This document shows, piece after piece, positions 39,653 to 49,224 of a DNA stretch of 64,000 nt. The position numbers and the translations under genes are program-made. The DNA is taken from assembly GCA_026396615.1 (NCBI GenBank), contig JAPLWK010000008.1, forward strand, positions 9,096 through 73,095, in the 5' to 3' direction. Origin of the DNA: a candidate division WWE3 bacterium (lineage in GTDB: Bacteria > Patescibacteriota > WWE3 > JAPLWK01). Below the pieces are notes generated by a model. The model was not told the DNA's origin and did no database searches. It was given only the letters and a program-made list of their open reading frames with translations. Position 1 is the stretch's first letter; each line of letters begins with the position of its first letter.

Positions 39653-40771
39653 ATGACTAAACCGTACGACGTTCTAATAATTGGATCGGGACCAGCAGGC
39701 TTAACAGCCGCCATCTACACCACCCGCTATAATCTTTCAACTCTCATAATAGGAGAAATCGTTGGCGGCCAAATGACGGAAGTCTCGGATATTGAAAACT
39801 ATCCCGGCTTTGAATCCATATCGGGACTCGAACTCGGCCAAAAGATGCTGGAACAATCACAAAAACTGGGTGCGGAATTTCTTGGCGAGTCGGTGGAGGA
39901 AGCGGTCAAGCAGAACGACGGCACTTTCAAGGTGAAAACGTCGACCGGACAGGAATTTGTAGCTAAAAGTATCATTTTGACTTCCGGCACGGAGCCCAAG
40001 CGCCTTGATGTTCCGGGTGAAAAAGGGTTGCGAGGGCGCGGAGTGAGTTATTGCGTAACCTGCGACGGACCGCTGTTTAAGAATAAAACGGTGATTGTTA
40101 TTGGCGGTGGCGACTCCGCTTTCATGGGCGCACTGGAACTGGCCGGTTACGTGAGGCAAGTTTATTTGATTCATCGCAATAATAATTTCAAAGCCAAGCC
40201 GGCTCTGATTGAAAGTGTCAAAAACAATCCCAAAGTAATAATTATTCCCAACACTAATATAATTAGTGTTGACGGTGATAAAAGAGTGACTGGGGTAATG
40301 CTTGACCAACCATTTGAGGGTAACTCAAAGTTATTAGTTGATGGAATCTTCGTCGAAATCGGCAGTCAGCCGTCTGTAAAACTTTCGCTTGACCTGGAAG
40401 TTTCACTTAACGAATATAATTTTGTCGAGGTCGCTGTGGATCAAACTACCAGCGTCCCCGGAGTTTGCGCCGCCGGCGACATTACCACCGGCAGTGACGG
40501 CGTTCGTCAGATAGTGACGGCCTGCGGTGAAGCTGCGATTGCATCAAGAAGTATTTATCATTACCTACAAGCAAAGCTGACCGGAGAAGTGATGACACCA
40601 CATGCTACGATCGACCCCAAAAAATGCGTCGGCTGCGGCATTTGTACCCAAGTTGCTCCGAATTCATTCCAACTAAATGTCAAAACTGAGCTTTCCGAAC
40701 TTAAAAAGACCGCGACCGCTGCCGAAATCAGGAAGGCAATTAAATCTTGTCCTGAAAATGCAATCCAATAA
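39653..40771 (+). CDS. trxB: Thioredoxin reductase-like flavoprotein fused to a C-terminal ferredoxin
   Basis: GSGPAG, YCVTCDG, GGGDSA and AAGD, then CVGCGIC...CP. Confidence 0.88.
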   Translation: MTKPYDVLIIGSGPAGLTAAIYTTRYNLSTLIIGEIVGGQMTEVSDIENYPGFESISGLELGQKMLEQSQKLGAEFLGESVEEAVKQNDGTFKVKTSTGQEFVAKSIILTSGTEPKRLDVPGEKGLRGRGVSYCVTCDGPLFKNKTVIVIGGGDSAFMGALELAGYVRQVYLIHRNNNFKAKPALIESVKNNPKVIIIPNTNIISVDGDKRVTGVMLDQPFEGNSKLLVDGIFVEIGSQPSVKLSLDLEVSLNEYNFVEVAVDQTTSVPGVCAAGDITTGSDGVRQIVTACGEAAIASRSIYHYLQAKLTGEVMTPHATIDPKKCVGCGICTQVAPNSFQLNVKTELSELKKTATAAEIRKAIKSCPENAIQ

Positions 40772-40888
40772 AAACATGTCATTCCAGGCTTGACCCGGAA
40801 TCCAGTTACTGGATTCTGAATCAAGTTCAGAATGACGAGTTGGCTAGCACCCTTGACACCATCAGCCTTATAGCCTAAATTTATATTA

Positions 40889-41527
40889 ATGCCCGATAAC
40901 ATTACAACGCCTACCACGCCACCAACCATAGTGACGATCCCCCAAAAATGCTCCAAAGTTAAGCCTTTCCTGGCTGGTTTTTGCCTCGGCGGTTGCCTAA
41001 TGCTAATTGTCCCAGCCCTATTTCTGGGTTATAAAATCGCCACCTCCACCGCCAATAAAACAGCGACGACCGGCATTCCAAGTAGTTCCGGAATAACCAG
41101 TTTGCTGCGCGACGCGGTGCTTAAACAAACCATTGGCGCCCCAGCAACAGTTCCGACCTTACCAAAGACTGCCAAAGATTGCGGCCAGGATCTTCTGTGC
41201 ATCCAACAAGCAACTAGCGCTTGCTCCCCCGCCAAAGCTGAGGTGACAGCTGGACCCGTCACCATGACTTATCAAATCGTTGGGCCAAGTTTAGTGACCA
41301 AAGGTAATTGCCAAGTCGCTTTTACAATCACTAAAGTCGACTCCACAAATAGTGCTCTAAGCCTCCTCGGCCTGCAAGGCCAAAATATGCTCTGTGACCT
41401 TAGTCCCGCGATCATTGCCGACCCAAGCACAATTGTAAATGCTCCGGAAAGTGCTATAAATTGTAGTGGTAGTTTATGGGGCCTTTTAAAAATAGTGAGG
41501 TCGCAGCAAACACCAACAAATAAATAA
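40889..41527 (+). CDS. Membrane-anchored Cys-rich hypothetical protein
   Basis: TM helix followed by an extracellular domain with six Cys. Confidence 0.7.
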   Translation: MPDNITTPTTPPTIVTIPQKCSKVKPFLAGFCLGGCLMLIVPALFLGYKIATSTANKTATTGIPSSSGITSLLRDAVLKQTIGAPATVPTLPKTAKDCGQDLLCIQQATSACSPAKAEVTAGPVTMTYQIVGPSLVTKGNCQVAFTITKVDSTNSALSLLGLQGQNMLCDLSPAIIADPSTIVNAPESAINCSGSLWGLLKIVRSQQTPTNK

Positions 41528-41528
41528 T

Positions 41529-42431
41529 ATGCCCAAAAAAGTTGTGAGAGCAAAAACGAAAATTAAAACAAAAGTTACTAATAAAAAAGCAACTGGCAAG
41601 TATTTTTTTGACCACAAGGCTCCCGATCTTCCCTTCTGGAGTTTCCTGGCCGTCTGCGCCATGGTTTTAGTGGTTTTAGCCGGTACGTTTGCCGTCAGCA
41701 AAAGAACAACGCAGCCTTCACCTATTTTACCTATCATACCTATTCAACATATAAAACCTATCCAAACCACCACCACAATTACCTCCGCCACCGATGCCAC
41801 CCCCATAATAGTAAATAACAAACTCGATATAATTTATAAAAATAGCGTTGGCGGCTACTCGCTGAATAGTTATGACCTAAACCTCAACGTTCTTGACGAG
41901 AACCGCTGGCTGACCAACGGCCAGGTAATTCCCAACCAACAAGCTGCTAAACCGTATTTTTACAATAGCACCTGGTATCTGGCATATATAGGTGGCGATC
42001 GATATTTAAGACTGGGAACCTACGACGAATTATTTAATCGCCAACGCGAAGTAACATTCGTGACCCCGATTCCCGTTAGCAGTAATTACCAGATTTATCT
42101 AACAGCTAACGCAAACGGAACGACGACGCAAGTCGCCACCGCAACCTTCAAACACATTTATACCACCAATAATACGTTAGGCATTTCCGGTGACCGTGCT
42201 CCCGGTGAGCGAATTGCCCGGCGGCGAAACGTGTTTCTCGGAGAGCGTTCCGCTCGGTTACGGGACCTTCAATCTGCTGAAGCATGCCGGGTTTCTCCAG
42301 ATGCCGGGCGGGGCTCCGCTGGAGACGGAGGCGGCCTCCAGCATCGAGCTTCGTGCGCCGCCGAGGTACTCGGTCCTCAGCGCCGTGGTGAGTGGGTCCA
42401 CCACGTTCCGGGAAAGCCTCGTCAGGCGTGA
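41529..42431 (+). CDS. Membrane-anchored hypothetical protein with a foreign-looking 3' end
   Basis: TM plus beta-rich domain. From ~42190 the DNA becomes abruptly GC-rich. Confidence 0.55.
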   Translation: MPKKVVRAKTKIKTKVTNKKATGKYFFDHKAPDLPFWSFLAVCAMVLVVLAGTFAVSKRTTQPSPILPIIPIQHIKPIQTTTTITSATDATPIIVNNKLDIIYKNSVGGYSLNSYDLNLNVLDENRWLTNGQVIPNQQAAKPYFYNSTWYLAYIGGDRYLRLGTYDELFNRQREVTFVTPIPVSSNYQIYLTANANGTTTQVATATFKHIYTTNNTLGISGDRAPGERIARRRNVFLGERSARLRDLQSAEACRVSPDAGRGSAGDGGGLQHRASCAAEVLGPQRRGEWVHHVPGKPRQA

Positions 42432-42486
42432 CGCACAAAACCACCCGTTGACAAATGATTTAAATATTTTAAGGTTGTAGTACCTC

Positions 42487-43635
42487 ATGACAGATTTAAC
42501 TCGCGCCCAAGAAAATTCCGATCAAGTTGAGCCCCCCAGTTTAAAGCCTAACCTGCGATTTGTTGGTATTACCTATTCCAAAGCCGACCGCAAATATTTT
42601 CACACCGAAGAAGAATTTATTTCCGAGGACGAAGTTTACGAACGAGCCACGGTGATCGCTAAATATTTAGAAAAACGCGGCATCGTGGTTAAACTTTACG
42701 CCGGCGATGAAACGATTGTCGCTGAATTACTCCGCGACCGGCCGAATCTGGTTATTAATTTAGTCGACACGATTCGCGGTGAGGAAACTTTAGAACCCTG
42801 CATTCCGGCCGCTTTGGAACTGGCCCAAATCCCTTATACCGGCAGCGGTATTTTGGGGCTTTCGATCGGTTCTAATAAATATTTAACTAAGAAACTGCTA
42901 GACATCGCTCACGTGCCTACTCCCAAATATCAATTTGTGGTTTCGCCAAATGACGTTATTGACCCTGAATTTAAGTACCCGCTGATTTCCAAGCTTAATC
43001 AGACCCACGGCTCTGTGGGAATGACCGCCGATGCCGTCTCCGCTAACGAAGCTGAACTGCGAAAGCGTTTACGAAGTTTAATTGGGACGTACAAACAACC
43101 GGTGTTAATTGAAGAATTTGTGGGGACGCGAGAAGTGTCCGTGATTTTACTGGACGGTTTGCGTAAGAAAGTTTACTGCGGCGAAAAAGTTTTTGACGCC
43201 GAATATCTTAAAGGATCCAAATACACTTTTTGCACTTTCGACGGCACTTGGCTTGACGAAAAATCCTGGACTTATAAAAAATACGACGACCCTAAATTAA
43301 ACGAAGCGGTGCGGGCCGCCTTTGATATTTTAAAAATGGACGATTACGCTAAATTCGATATTCGTTTAAATGACGACGGCAGTTTTTACTTTATTGACTG
43401 CAACCCCAACTCCACTTTTGGCCCCAAGGAGATGGGCATCGCCCTGGGCAGTATTTTGGATCTTTACGGCATTAATTTCGACGAGATTCTAGACAGACTT
43501 CTCGCTAACAGCGTTCAGGATATTTTAGAAGAAAAGAAAGAGGAAGCCGAGTTGTTCGCGAAGAATTTAGAAAAAGCGGAGTCCAAAGTGACTTCCCTAA
43601 TGGTTGTTCCCACTGATACGTCATTCCGGGCTTGA
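42487..43635 (+). CDS. Second D-Ala-D-Ala ligase-like ATP-grasp protein
   Basis: IPYTGSG, NKYLTK, HGSVG, KFDIR and IDCNPN. The stop codon lies inside a REP. Confidence 0.85.
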   Translation: MTDLTRAQENSDQVEPPSLKPNLRFVGITYSKADRKYFHTEEEFISEDEVYERATVIAKYLEKRGIVVKLYAGDETIVAELLRDRPNLVINLVDTIRGEETLEPCIPAALELAQIPYTGSGILGLSIGSNKYLTKKLLDIAHVPTPKYQFVVSPNDVIDPEFKYPLISKLNQTHGSVGMTADAVSANEAELRKRLRSLIGTYKQPVLIEEFVGTREVSVILLDGLRKKVYCGEKVFDAEYLKGSKYTFCTFDGTWLDEKSWTYKKYDDPKLNEAVRAAFDILKMDDYAKFDIRLNDDGSFYFIDCNPNSTFGPKEMGIALGSILDLYGINFDEILDRLLANSVQDILEEKKEEAELFAKNLEKAESKVTSLMVVPTDTSFRA

Positions 43636-43767
43636 CCCGCCTGCCCACCTTTAGCAGGGAATCCAGCCATCCCACTTGTCATTCCGGCCTTGAGCCGGAA
43701 TCCAGTAACAGATTAAACGATTGAATCGATTTACTGGATTCTGAATCAAGTTCAGAATGACGTGTTT

Positions 43768-44760
43768 TTAATAATCAATTCCCATAGCAAATTTAACTAA
43801 AGCCAAAGTTTCAGCGGCAACCCGTTCGGCTTTCTTCGTCCCACTCATTAATATTTCCTTGACCTCTTCTGGGTGGGCTTCAAAATAACTGCGACGTTCT
43901 CTGATCGGCGCAATAAATTCTTCCAGAACATTAAACAGACGCTCTTTAACAGCTACATCGCCCACCTTGCCCGCTTGATACTGCAACTTAAGATCGGCGA
44001 CTAAATTTTTGTCAGCGTCAAACACATCCAAATAAGTAAATACCATATTGCCCTCAAGGTGACCGGGATCAGTGGCGCGAATCCGAGTGGGATCGGTATA
44101 CATTGATTTGACCTTGTTACGAAGAGTTGCGGTTGACTCGGACAAATAGATGCAGTTTCCCAGTGATTTAGACATCTTTGACTTGCCATCAATGCCTGGT
44201 AAACGAGCCACATCGCCCACTAAAGCTTCCGGTTCATTTAAAACCGGTTTATAAATCTGATTAAATTTACGGACTATTTCCCTGGTTTGTTCAATATGCG
44301 GCAATTGGTCCGAACCGACGGGGACCAAAGAAGCGTTAACGGAAGTAATATCCGCGGCTTGAGATACCGGGTACATAAAAAATCCCAAGGGAACGGATTC
44401 TTCCATCCCTTTATCTTTAAGTTCCGTTTTAACAGTTGGATTATGCCCCAACTGATTAACGCTGACCAAATTAGCGTAAAAAACCGTCAGTTCGGCAATT
44501 TGCGGAATGAGTGACTGGATAAAAAATGTGGTTTTACTAGGATCGATGCCAATGGCCAAATGGTCCATCGTGACCTCAAGGATATTGGCGCGAATCTTTT
44601 CGGGATGCTCAAAGTTATCTGTTAAAGCCTGGACGTCAGCCACGATAATAAACTCTTCGTATTCGTCTTGCAGTTTTAAACGGTTAGCCAGTGACCCCAC
44701 GTAATGACCTAGATGTAAGTGGCCGGTAGGCCGATCACCGGTTAAAATTCTTTTCTTCAT
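43768..44760 (-). CDS. trpS: Tryptophan--tRNA ligase
   Basis: [27 protein letters not shown] and KMSKS. Confidence 0.97.
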   Translation of the reverse strand: MKKRILTGDRPTGHLHLGHYVGSLANRLKLQDEYEEFIIVADVQALTDNFEHPEKIRANILEVTMDHLAIGIDPSKTTFFIQSLIPQIAELTVFYANLVSVNQLGHNPTVKTELKDKGMEESVPLGFFMYPVSQAADITSVNASLVPVGSDQLPHIEQTREIVRKFNQIYKPVLNEPEALVGDVARLPGIDGKSKMSKSLGNCIYLSESTATLRNKVKSMYTDPTRIRATDPGHLEGNMVFTYLDVFDADKNLVADLKLQYQAGKVGDVAVKERLFNVLEEFIAPIRERRSYFEAHPEEVKEILMSGTKKAERVAAETLALVKFAMGIDY

Positions 44761-44778
44761 AAAGCTAGTATATAACAA

Positions 44779-44853
44779 TGGTGGCAAGAGTGGGATTTGA
44801 ACCCACGACCGACGGCTTATGAGTCCGTTGCTCTACCACTGAGCTATCTTGCC
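44779..44853 (-). tRNA. tRNA-Met(CAU), probably elongator
   Basis: GGCAAGA...TCTTGCCACCA, loop CTCATAA, G2-C71/C3-G70. Confidence 0.9.
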
Positions 44854-44898
44854 ACGTGCCTCGTCATTATAACAAACAAAAAACTCGCATCAGCGAGT

Positions 44899-44974
44899 TG
44901 GTTGCGGATCCAGGTAACGCTCCTGGTTAAGCGGGATTATGAGCCCCGCGAGATGTCTTCACCTCCCACCCGCT
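44899..44974 (-). tRNA. Initiator tRNA-fMet(CAU), atypical D and T loops
   Basis: A1xA72 mismatch, G-rich anticodon stem, loop CTCATAA, ACCA end, T loop AGCGTTA. Confidence 0.85.
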
Positions 44975-44992
44975 CGCTCATTATAATTTAAA

Positions 44993-45352
44993 TCACTGAA
45001 ATATCAAGGCTACCCACTGCTTCCACACCGGCAAATCAACTTTCACCGTCGACTCTCCTAAGGCTGACCCAACAATCGCGAGCTCCTCCGGAATAATCAC
45101 TAGCTTTTCACCAGGCTTAATCATTTGCAAATTATCGCGGGCCTGTTTTTCGATATGCCAGGGAGTCTGAGCTTCCGCTAGATCTTTGGTCAAAGCTATC
45201 TTTTTGTCACGCAAATTCTGAACCTCTTTAACCAAATTCGTATACCTAGCTTCTTTGACCCGCAGATCTAACAGCGTCTTACCTATATTAACGAGAGCGA
45301 CAACGCCAATCACCACCACCGCCCCATTTCTTAATAAGATTAATTTAGACAT
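44993..45352 (-). CDS. Septum formation initiator (FtsB/DivIC family)
   Basis: TM, coiled coil and IEKQARDNLQMIKPGE. Confidence 0.9.
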   Translation of the reverse strand: MSKLILLRNGAVVVIGVVALVNIGKTLLDLRVKEARYTNLVKEVQNLRDKKIALTKDLAEAQTPWHIEKQARDNLQMIKPGEKLVIIPEELAIVGSALGESTVKVDLPVWKQWVALIFQ

Positions 45353-45611
45353 AATAGTTAGTTAGTGTATAATAAACTAGTCGAGCTGATCCGGACCCTC
45401 GCCGTAAAAGCGGAGAGTGTGGCCGAATAATCTCGACACTTTTATTTTATATACAACCCAAAAGATCTACTACCTCTCTTTCTGTAATTTTACGAACAGT
45501 TGCATGCTTATGATAACGATGTAGCTGCCACTTTGATCAACTTCAACGGTCACTTTGCTCATGACTACTCTATCATAGAGTATAATTGGAAAAAATAAAT
45601 TGGAGGAGAAG

Positions 45612-45848
45612 ATGGAAATTCCAGTCGGTTACGTGCTGGCGGAGGTTATAGGCGTAAAAGCAAATCAGGCCCGCTTTGTAGTTGTTCCCGATCAATTGGG
45701 AAAATACGAAAAGCCTGGAGTATGGTTTCATGGTCAAAGACCTTCAACAACGCCTAAAGAAGCTCTAGCCAGGTTTCTTAATCATCCGAAAGTCGAAACC
45801 CAAAAATGCCTAAATGCTTTTAAAAAAGACTGGTGTGGTGCTAAGTAA
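45612..45848 (+). CDS. Hypothetical protein
   Basis: GGAGG RBS, terminator at 45866-45882. Confidence 0.6.
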   Translation: MEIPVGYVLAEVIGVKANQARFVVVPDQLGKYEKPGVWFHGQRPSTTPKEALARFLNHPKVETQKCLNAFKKDWCGAK

Positions 45849-46013
45849 ATGCGAACTTTTGCTCGGGCCGACGGCCTTTTCTTTATGTCAACCCACTTGA
45901 CAAATAACACTATAGGTGGTATACTGGCTGTACAAATATTGCCGCCGCAAAGTACAAGACTATTCGAATCCCACGGTGGCAATAGTAAATTACTAATATA
46001 GGAGAACAAAATA

Positions 46014-46259
46014 ATGGTACGAAGCGAGATATCAGAAGAGGTCGTCGAAGTTACTGCAGTCGACGATACTAAGATGGTGGATTTTTGTGAGGGAATTTGG
46101 GAAACTGCTTTCCCTACTCCACCTGCAGAAGCCCAAACTCATAATATCGAGGAATTGGCCCAGCGTGTTCATGACGGATTTAACCCCGTTGATGCGGCTC
46201 TTGACATTGCGTTCCCGGCCACCGACACCCTTTACGACGACTCTGAACACCTGTTCTAA
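46014..46259 (+). CDS. Small acidic hypothetical protein
   Basis: AGGAG RBS, promoter at 45897-45925. Confidence 0.65.
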   Translation: MVRSEISEEVVEVTAVDDTKMVDFCEGIWETAFPTPPAEAQTHNIEELAQRVHDGFNPVDAALDIAFPATDTLYDDSEHLF

Positions 46260-46671
46260 GAACGTAAAGGCGCAAGGCTCATAAAATCTATATAGAATTT
46301 TATGGGCCTCTAACTAAAGACTTTCGGACCGCGCTGGAAGGTTTTAGTTAGCAACCAAAACTAGTCATTCCGGGCTTGACCCGGAATCCAGTAAAAAATA
46401 AAACAGACGCAACCGGTTTCAACTACTTGACAATCCACACTATAGGTGTTATAATGTTAGCATGAAAACTGAATAGCTTTCTCCGGTAGGGCCATTCTAT
46501 CGGTAAGTTGGAGAGAGACGAAATTTGTTTTCCTCTATCTGTCCCCTATTTGGGCGCAGGATGAGCAAAATAAATTACAAATCGCCAAAACTAGACTTTG
46601 GATAGCTTCGTCCAAGGAAATAAAACTAGTTACGGCAAATAGATGGGCCAACCGCCCGAAAGGAAATACAA

Positions 46672-47307
46672 ATGAGTACGCAAGAAAATTACGCAAAGAA
46701 GAACGCCCGCGTGTTGTCGGCTCTTCAATCAGGCCAACCATATTGGTTGCTGAAGGCAGAGCAGGAGTACTACTCCCTAGTGCAGGTCGGTCCAGACCGA
46801 TTGCCGATTCCGATTCTCAAGCAGTTACTTGGGAATGAGCACGGTGATCTGATTACGCTGATCGGCCGGGAACCGGAGCTGACTTTCGACCGCGACATGC
46901 GAGTCGCTAATCAGAATGGTTTGCTCCGAGAGATAGTAGGCATCATGCTGGCCAGTATCGAGGCAGACCCTAGTCACAAAGGTGAATGGGAAGTCACGTA
47001 TAATGGTCTCAAGGGCCGGATTACGACAGAGTTCAGCAATCGGCCGGAATATTCGAGCAACGGTGGGGAGTACTTCTTCTACCGCAAGTTCCGAATTACT
47101 GTCGCTGGCGTGACGTCATTCGATGACTGGTCCTGCGACTTCTCGGATTATCAAAATCCAGGGCAGTTGCTTTACCGCATCGACCTGACAAGTCTGCAGC
47201 CAATTTTCGATCACGCCGAATTGATTGCGAAAGCAGTCATCGCCGGCGAGTGGAATTCTGTTTGCTCAGTGTGCGGTCACGTCTACACCCACACTCAGGA
47301 GGCCTAA
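46672..47307 (+). CDS. Hypothetical protein with C-terminal CxxC
   Basis: AAAGGA RBS, promoter at 46427-46455. Confidence 0.7.
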   Translation: MSTQENYAKKNARVLSALQSGQPYWLLKAEQEYYSLVQVGPDRLPIPILKQLLGNEHGDLITLIGREPELTFDRDMRVANQNGLLREIVGIMLASIEADPSHKGEWEVTYNGLKGRITTEFSNRPEYSSNGGEYFFYRKFRITVAGVTSFDDWSCDFSDYQNPGQLLYRIDLTSLQPIFDHAELIAKAVIAGEWNSVCSVCGHVYTHTQEA

Positions 47308-47308
47308 C

Positions 47309-47632
47309 GTGTCTACTATAATTCGCGTTGAGACACTGCTCGAGCCGGTCACCAAGAACGGTGTTGCTTATCAGGAACACGGTTGTCCTGAAAAGCCCGA
47401 AGGTTATGAAGATACTGACATCGTCGCCAAGGTTGGTGACTACGGTGATATCTACATGGCTATACCTATTGAGGTGATTCGGGAGTGGACAAAGTACTGG
47501 GAGGGCCAAGGTTACAAATTCGTCTTCCTTGGTTATTCCGGCGGTTTAGTCTGGTGGGGACAACTCAAGGATTTCGAGGAGTTACTAACCAGATTTAAGG
47601 TCGTCGGACAGTACGGTATTAATTTCTGCTAA
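47309..47632 (+). CDS. Hypothetical protein
   Basis: AGGAGG RBS before GTG 47309. Confidence 0.65.
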   Translation: MSTIIRVETLLEPVTKNGVAYQEHGCPEKPEGYEDTDIVAKVGDYGDIYMAIPIEVIREWTKYWEGQGYKFVFLGYSGGLVWWGQLKDFEELLTRFKVVGQYGINFC

Positions 47633-47785
47633 CACGAAGGCCTAAGGTAAGAATGGAATAAAATCCCTCTTCATACCTTAGGCCCGAACTTGAGAAGTTT
47701 AAGCAACTAGACTTTTGAAGTTTGGTTACAAACCTAACGCACGATTCCATGTACTGTCAAAATCTGTCAGTTCGGGTAATCGTGT

Positions 47786-48544
47786 TTAAAGTAACTTAAT
47801 TATTTTATTAACCAAATCCAATTCTACCTTCCGGTAATTTTCCGGCAGAAACTTGTCTAGATCCAAAAGAAGCGACTTTTCCGAAAAATTGGCCAGACGT
47901 TTTTGCAATTCTTCTTTAGAAATTGTTTCGTGGTAGTAGACTAACTTCCTTTCGACAAATTTCCAATCAATTGCTTCACCTCTTCCCAGTAAATACCACA
48001 AATCAAACAAATCCCGACCGCGACTACGATGCATAATAGCCCTAATTTTCTCAGCTACAATTTCCCTGGCACTCAAGTGTTTTATAATTGGAAGAGGTGA
48101 AACCGGCAAAGTTGTCGTGAGAACGCTGGTTTGCGGCTCTAAAGCGTTTTCCCGAGTTGAGAAATCTAATTTAAGAAAAAGTTGGGATGCCGAAAGTGGT
48201 AGATTAGAAAAAGTTAATCGAAAAGAAAAGTTTGGTTTTATAGTTTCTATTAATGCTAATTTTCCGGTGATATTTTCATCTACACAAAGCTTGCGAAGCG
48301 CCTCTGTAGCCAACTTCTGGATAACTTCTTGACTACCTCCGGTTGTAAAATCCAAATCTTCGGAGAATCTAAACGACCCAAAAACTAACTTGATGGCCGT
48401 CCCGCCTTTAAAAAAAGTGGTTTCACAATTCGGCTGCTCATAAAAATTCTTTAGGAAGACCACTTGAAGATACTCACGAAGTAGTGAATACTCGTCGATC
48501 TTTTTGGCCGCGGCCAATTGTTTTACTTCCAAGGCGGTAAGCAT
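47786..48544 (-). CDS. AbiEii/AbiGii nucleotidyltransferase toxin (type IV TA)
   Basis: FKGGTAI, RFSEDLDF, AEKIRA and RDLFDL. Confidence 0.95.
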   Translation of the reverse strand: MLTALEVKQLAAAKKIDEYSLLREYLQVVFLKNFYEQPNCETTFFKGGTAIKLVFGSFRFSEDLDFTTGGSQEVIQKLATEALRKLCVDENITGKLALIETIKPNFSFRLTFSNLPLSASQLFLKLDFSTRENALEPQTSVLTTTLPVSPLPIIKHLSAREIVAEKIRAIMHRSRGRDLFDLWYLLGRGEAIDWKFVERKLVYYHETISKEELQKRLANFSEKSLLLDLDKFLPENYRKVELDLVNKIIKLL

Positions 48545-49098
48545 AATTTCGGAAAGGCTTTGGCGTACTCACGGAGTTTAGCCAAATCAACGTGAGTTAG
48601 GTCAAGGTCTTTGTGATTAAGGTTGGTAAGGCCACGAGATTCAAAATACAGAGTATCCAAAAGAGCCTTCTCAGGCATGGCTATTAGAAACTCACCGGTT
48701 TTTTGGTAACCGAAGAAGAGTTTCTGTCCCAAATGAGAATATTTAATAATTTGGTTATCATAAGCAGTTTCGCGGCTTTTCTTGATAGTCGCCACTGTTA
48801 TAACTTGCGGATTTTGTGACAGTATTCCATAATAATTTAAAGCGGATTCGAAGGAAATGTAGCTGGGAGAAACTACAGCCGTTGCTACCGCGAATTTTTC
48901 AGGAGCTTTAAAACTGTTGGCGTAGAGGCCTTTGCGAATCGGCAGTAACCACCGATTCTTAACAAACCGATGTATTGCGGTGTTTTTAGAGTTAGCTGAC
49001 TTAAACCCTAAAGCGTTTTGCAAATCCTGACTCCCCAAAATGCTTTTAGTGGTACTTTGCAGAAATGAGATAAGTTGTTTGTTATAGATGGGTTCCAT
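48523..49098 (-). CDS. AbiEi-like antitoxin (type IV TA)
   Basis: IRKGLY, PSYISFESALNYYG and PEKALLD, overlapping the toxin. Confidence 0.92.
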   Translation of the reverse strand: MEPIYNKQLISFLQSTTKSILGSQDLQNALGFKSANSKNTAIHRFVKNRWLLPIRKGLYANSFKAPEKFAVATAVVSPSYISFESALNYYGILSQNPQVITVATIKKSRETAYDNQIIKYSHLGQKLFFGYQKTGEFLIAMPEKALLDTLYFESRGLTNLNHKDLDLTHVDLAKLREYAKAFPKLCLPPWK

Positions 49099-49224
49099 AT
49101 TATGTACAATAATGTACATTATCTGGGATCCTGTCAAGCACTAAAAGGTTGCGCCGTGCTAAAATAGCTCCGGAGCCAGCATTTAATCGCGGGGTCAGAG
49201 CCGTCGTCTTCAGATTGAATTTTT

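Noticed and set aside
44797-44991. 64-aa ORF
   Set aside because: It is antisense to two tRNA-Met genes.
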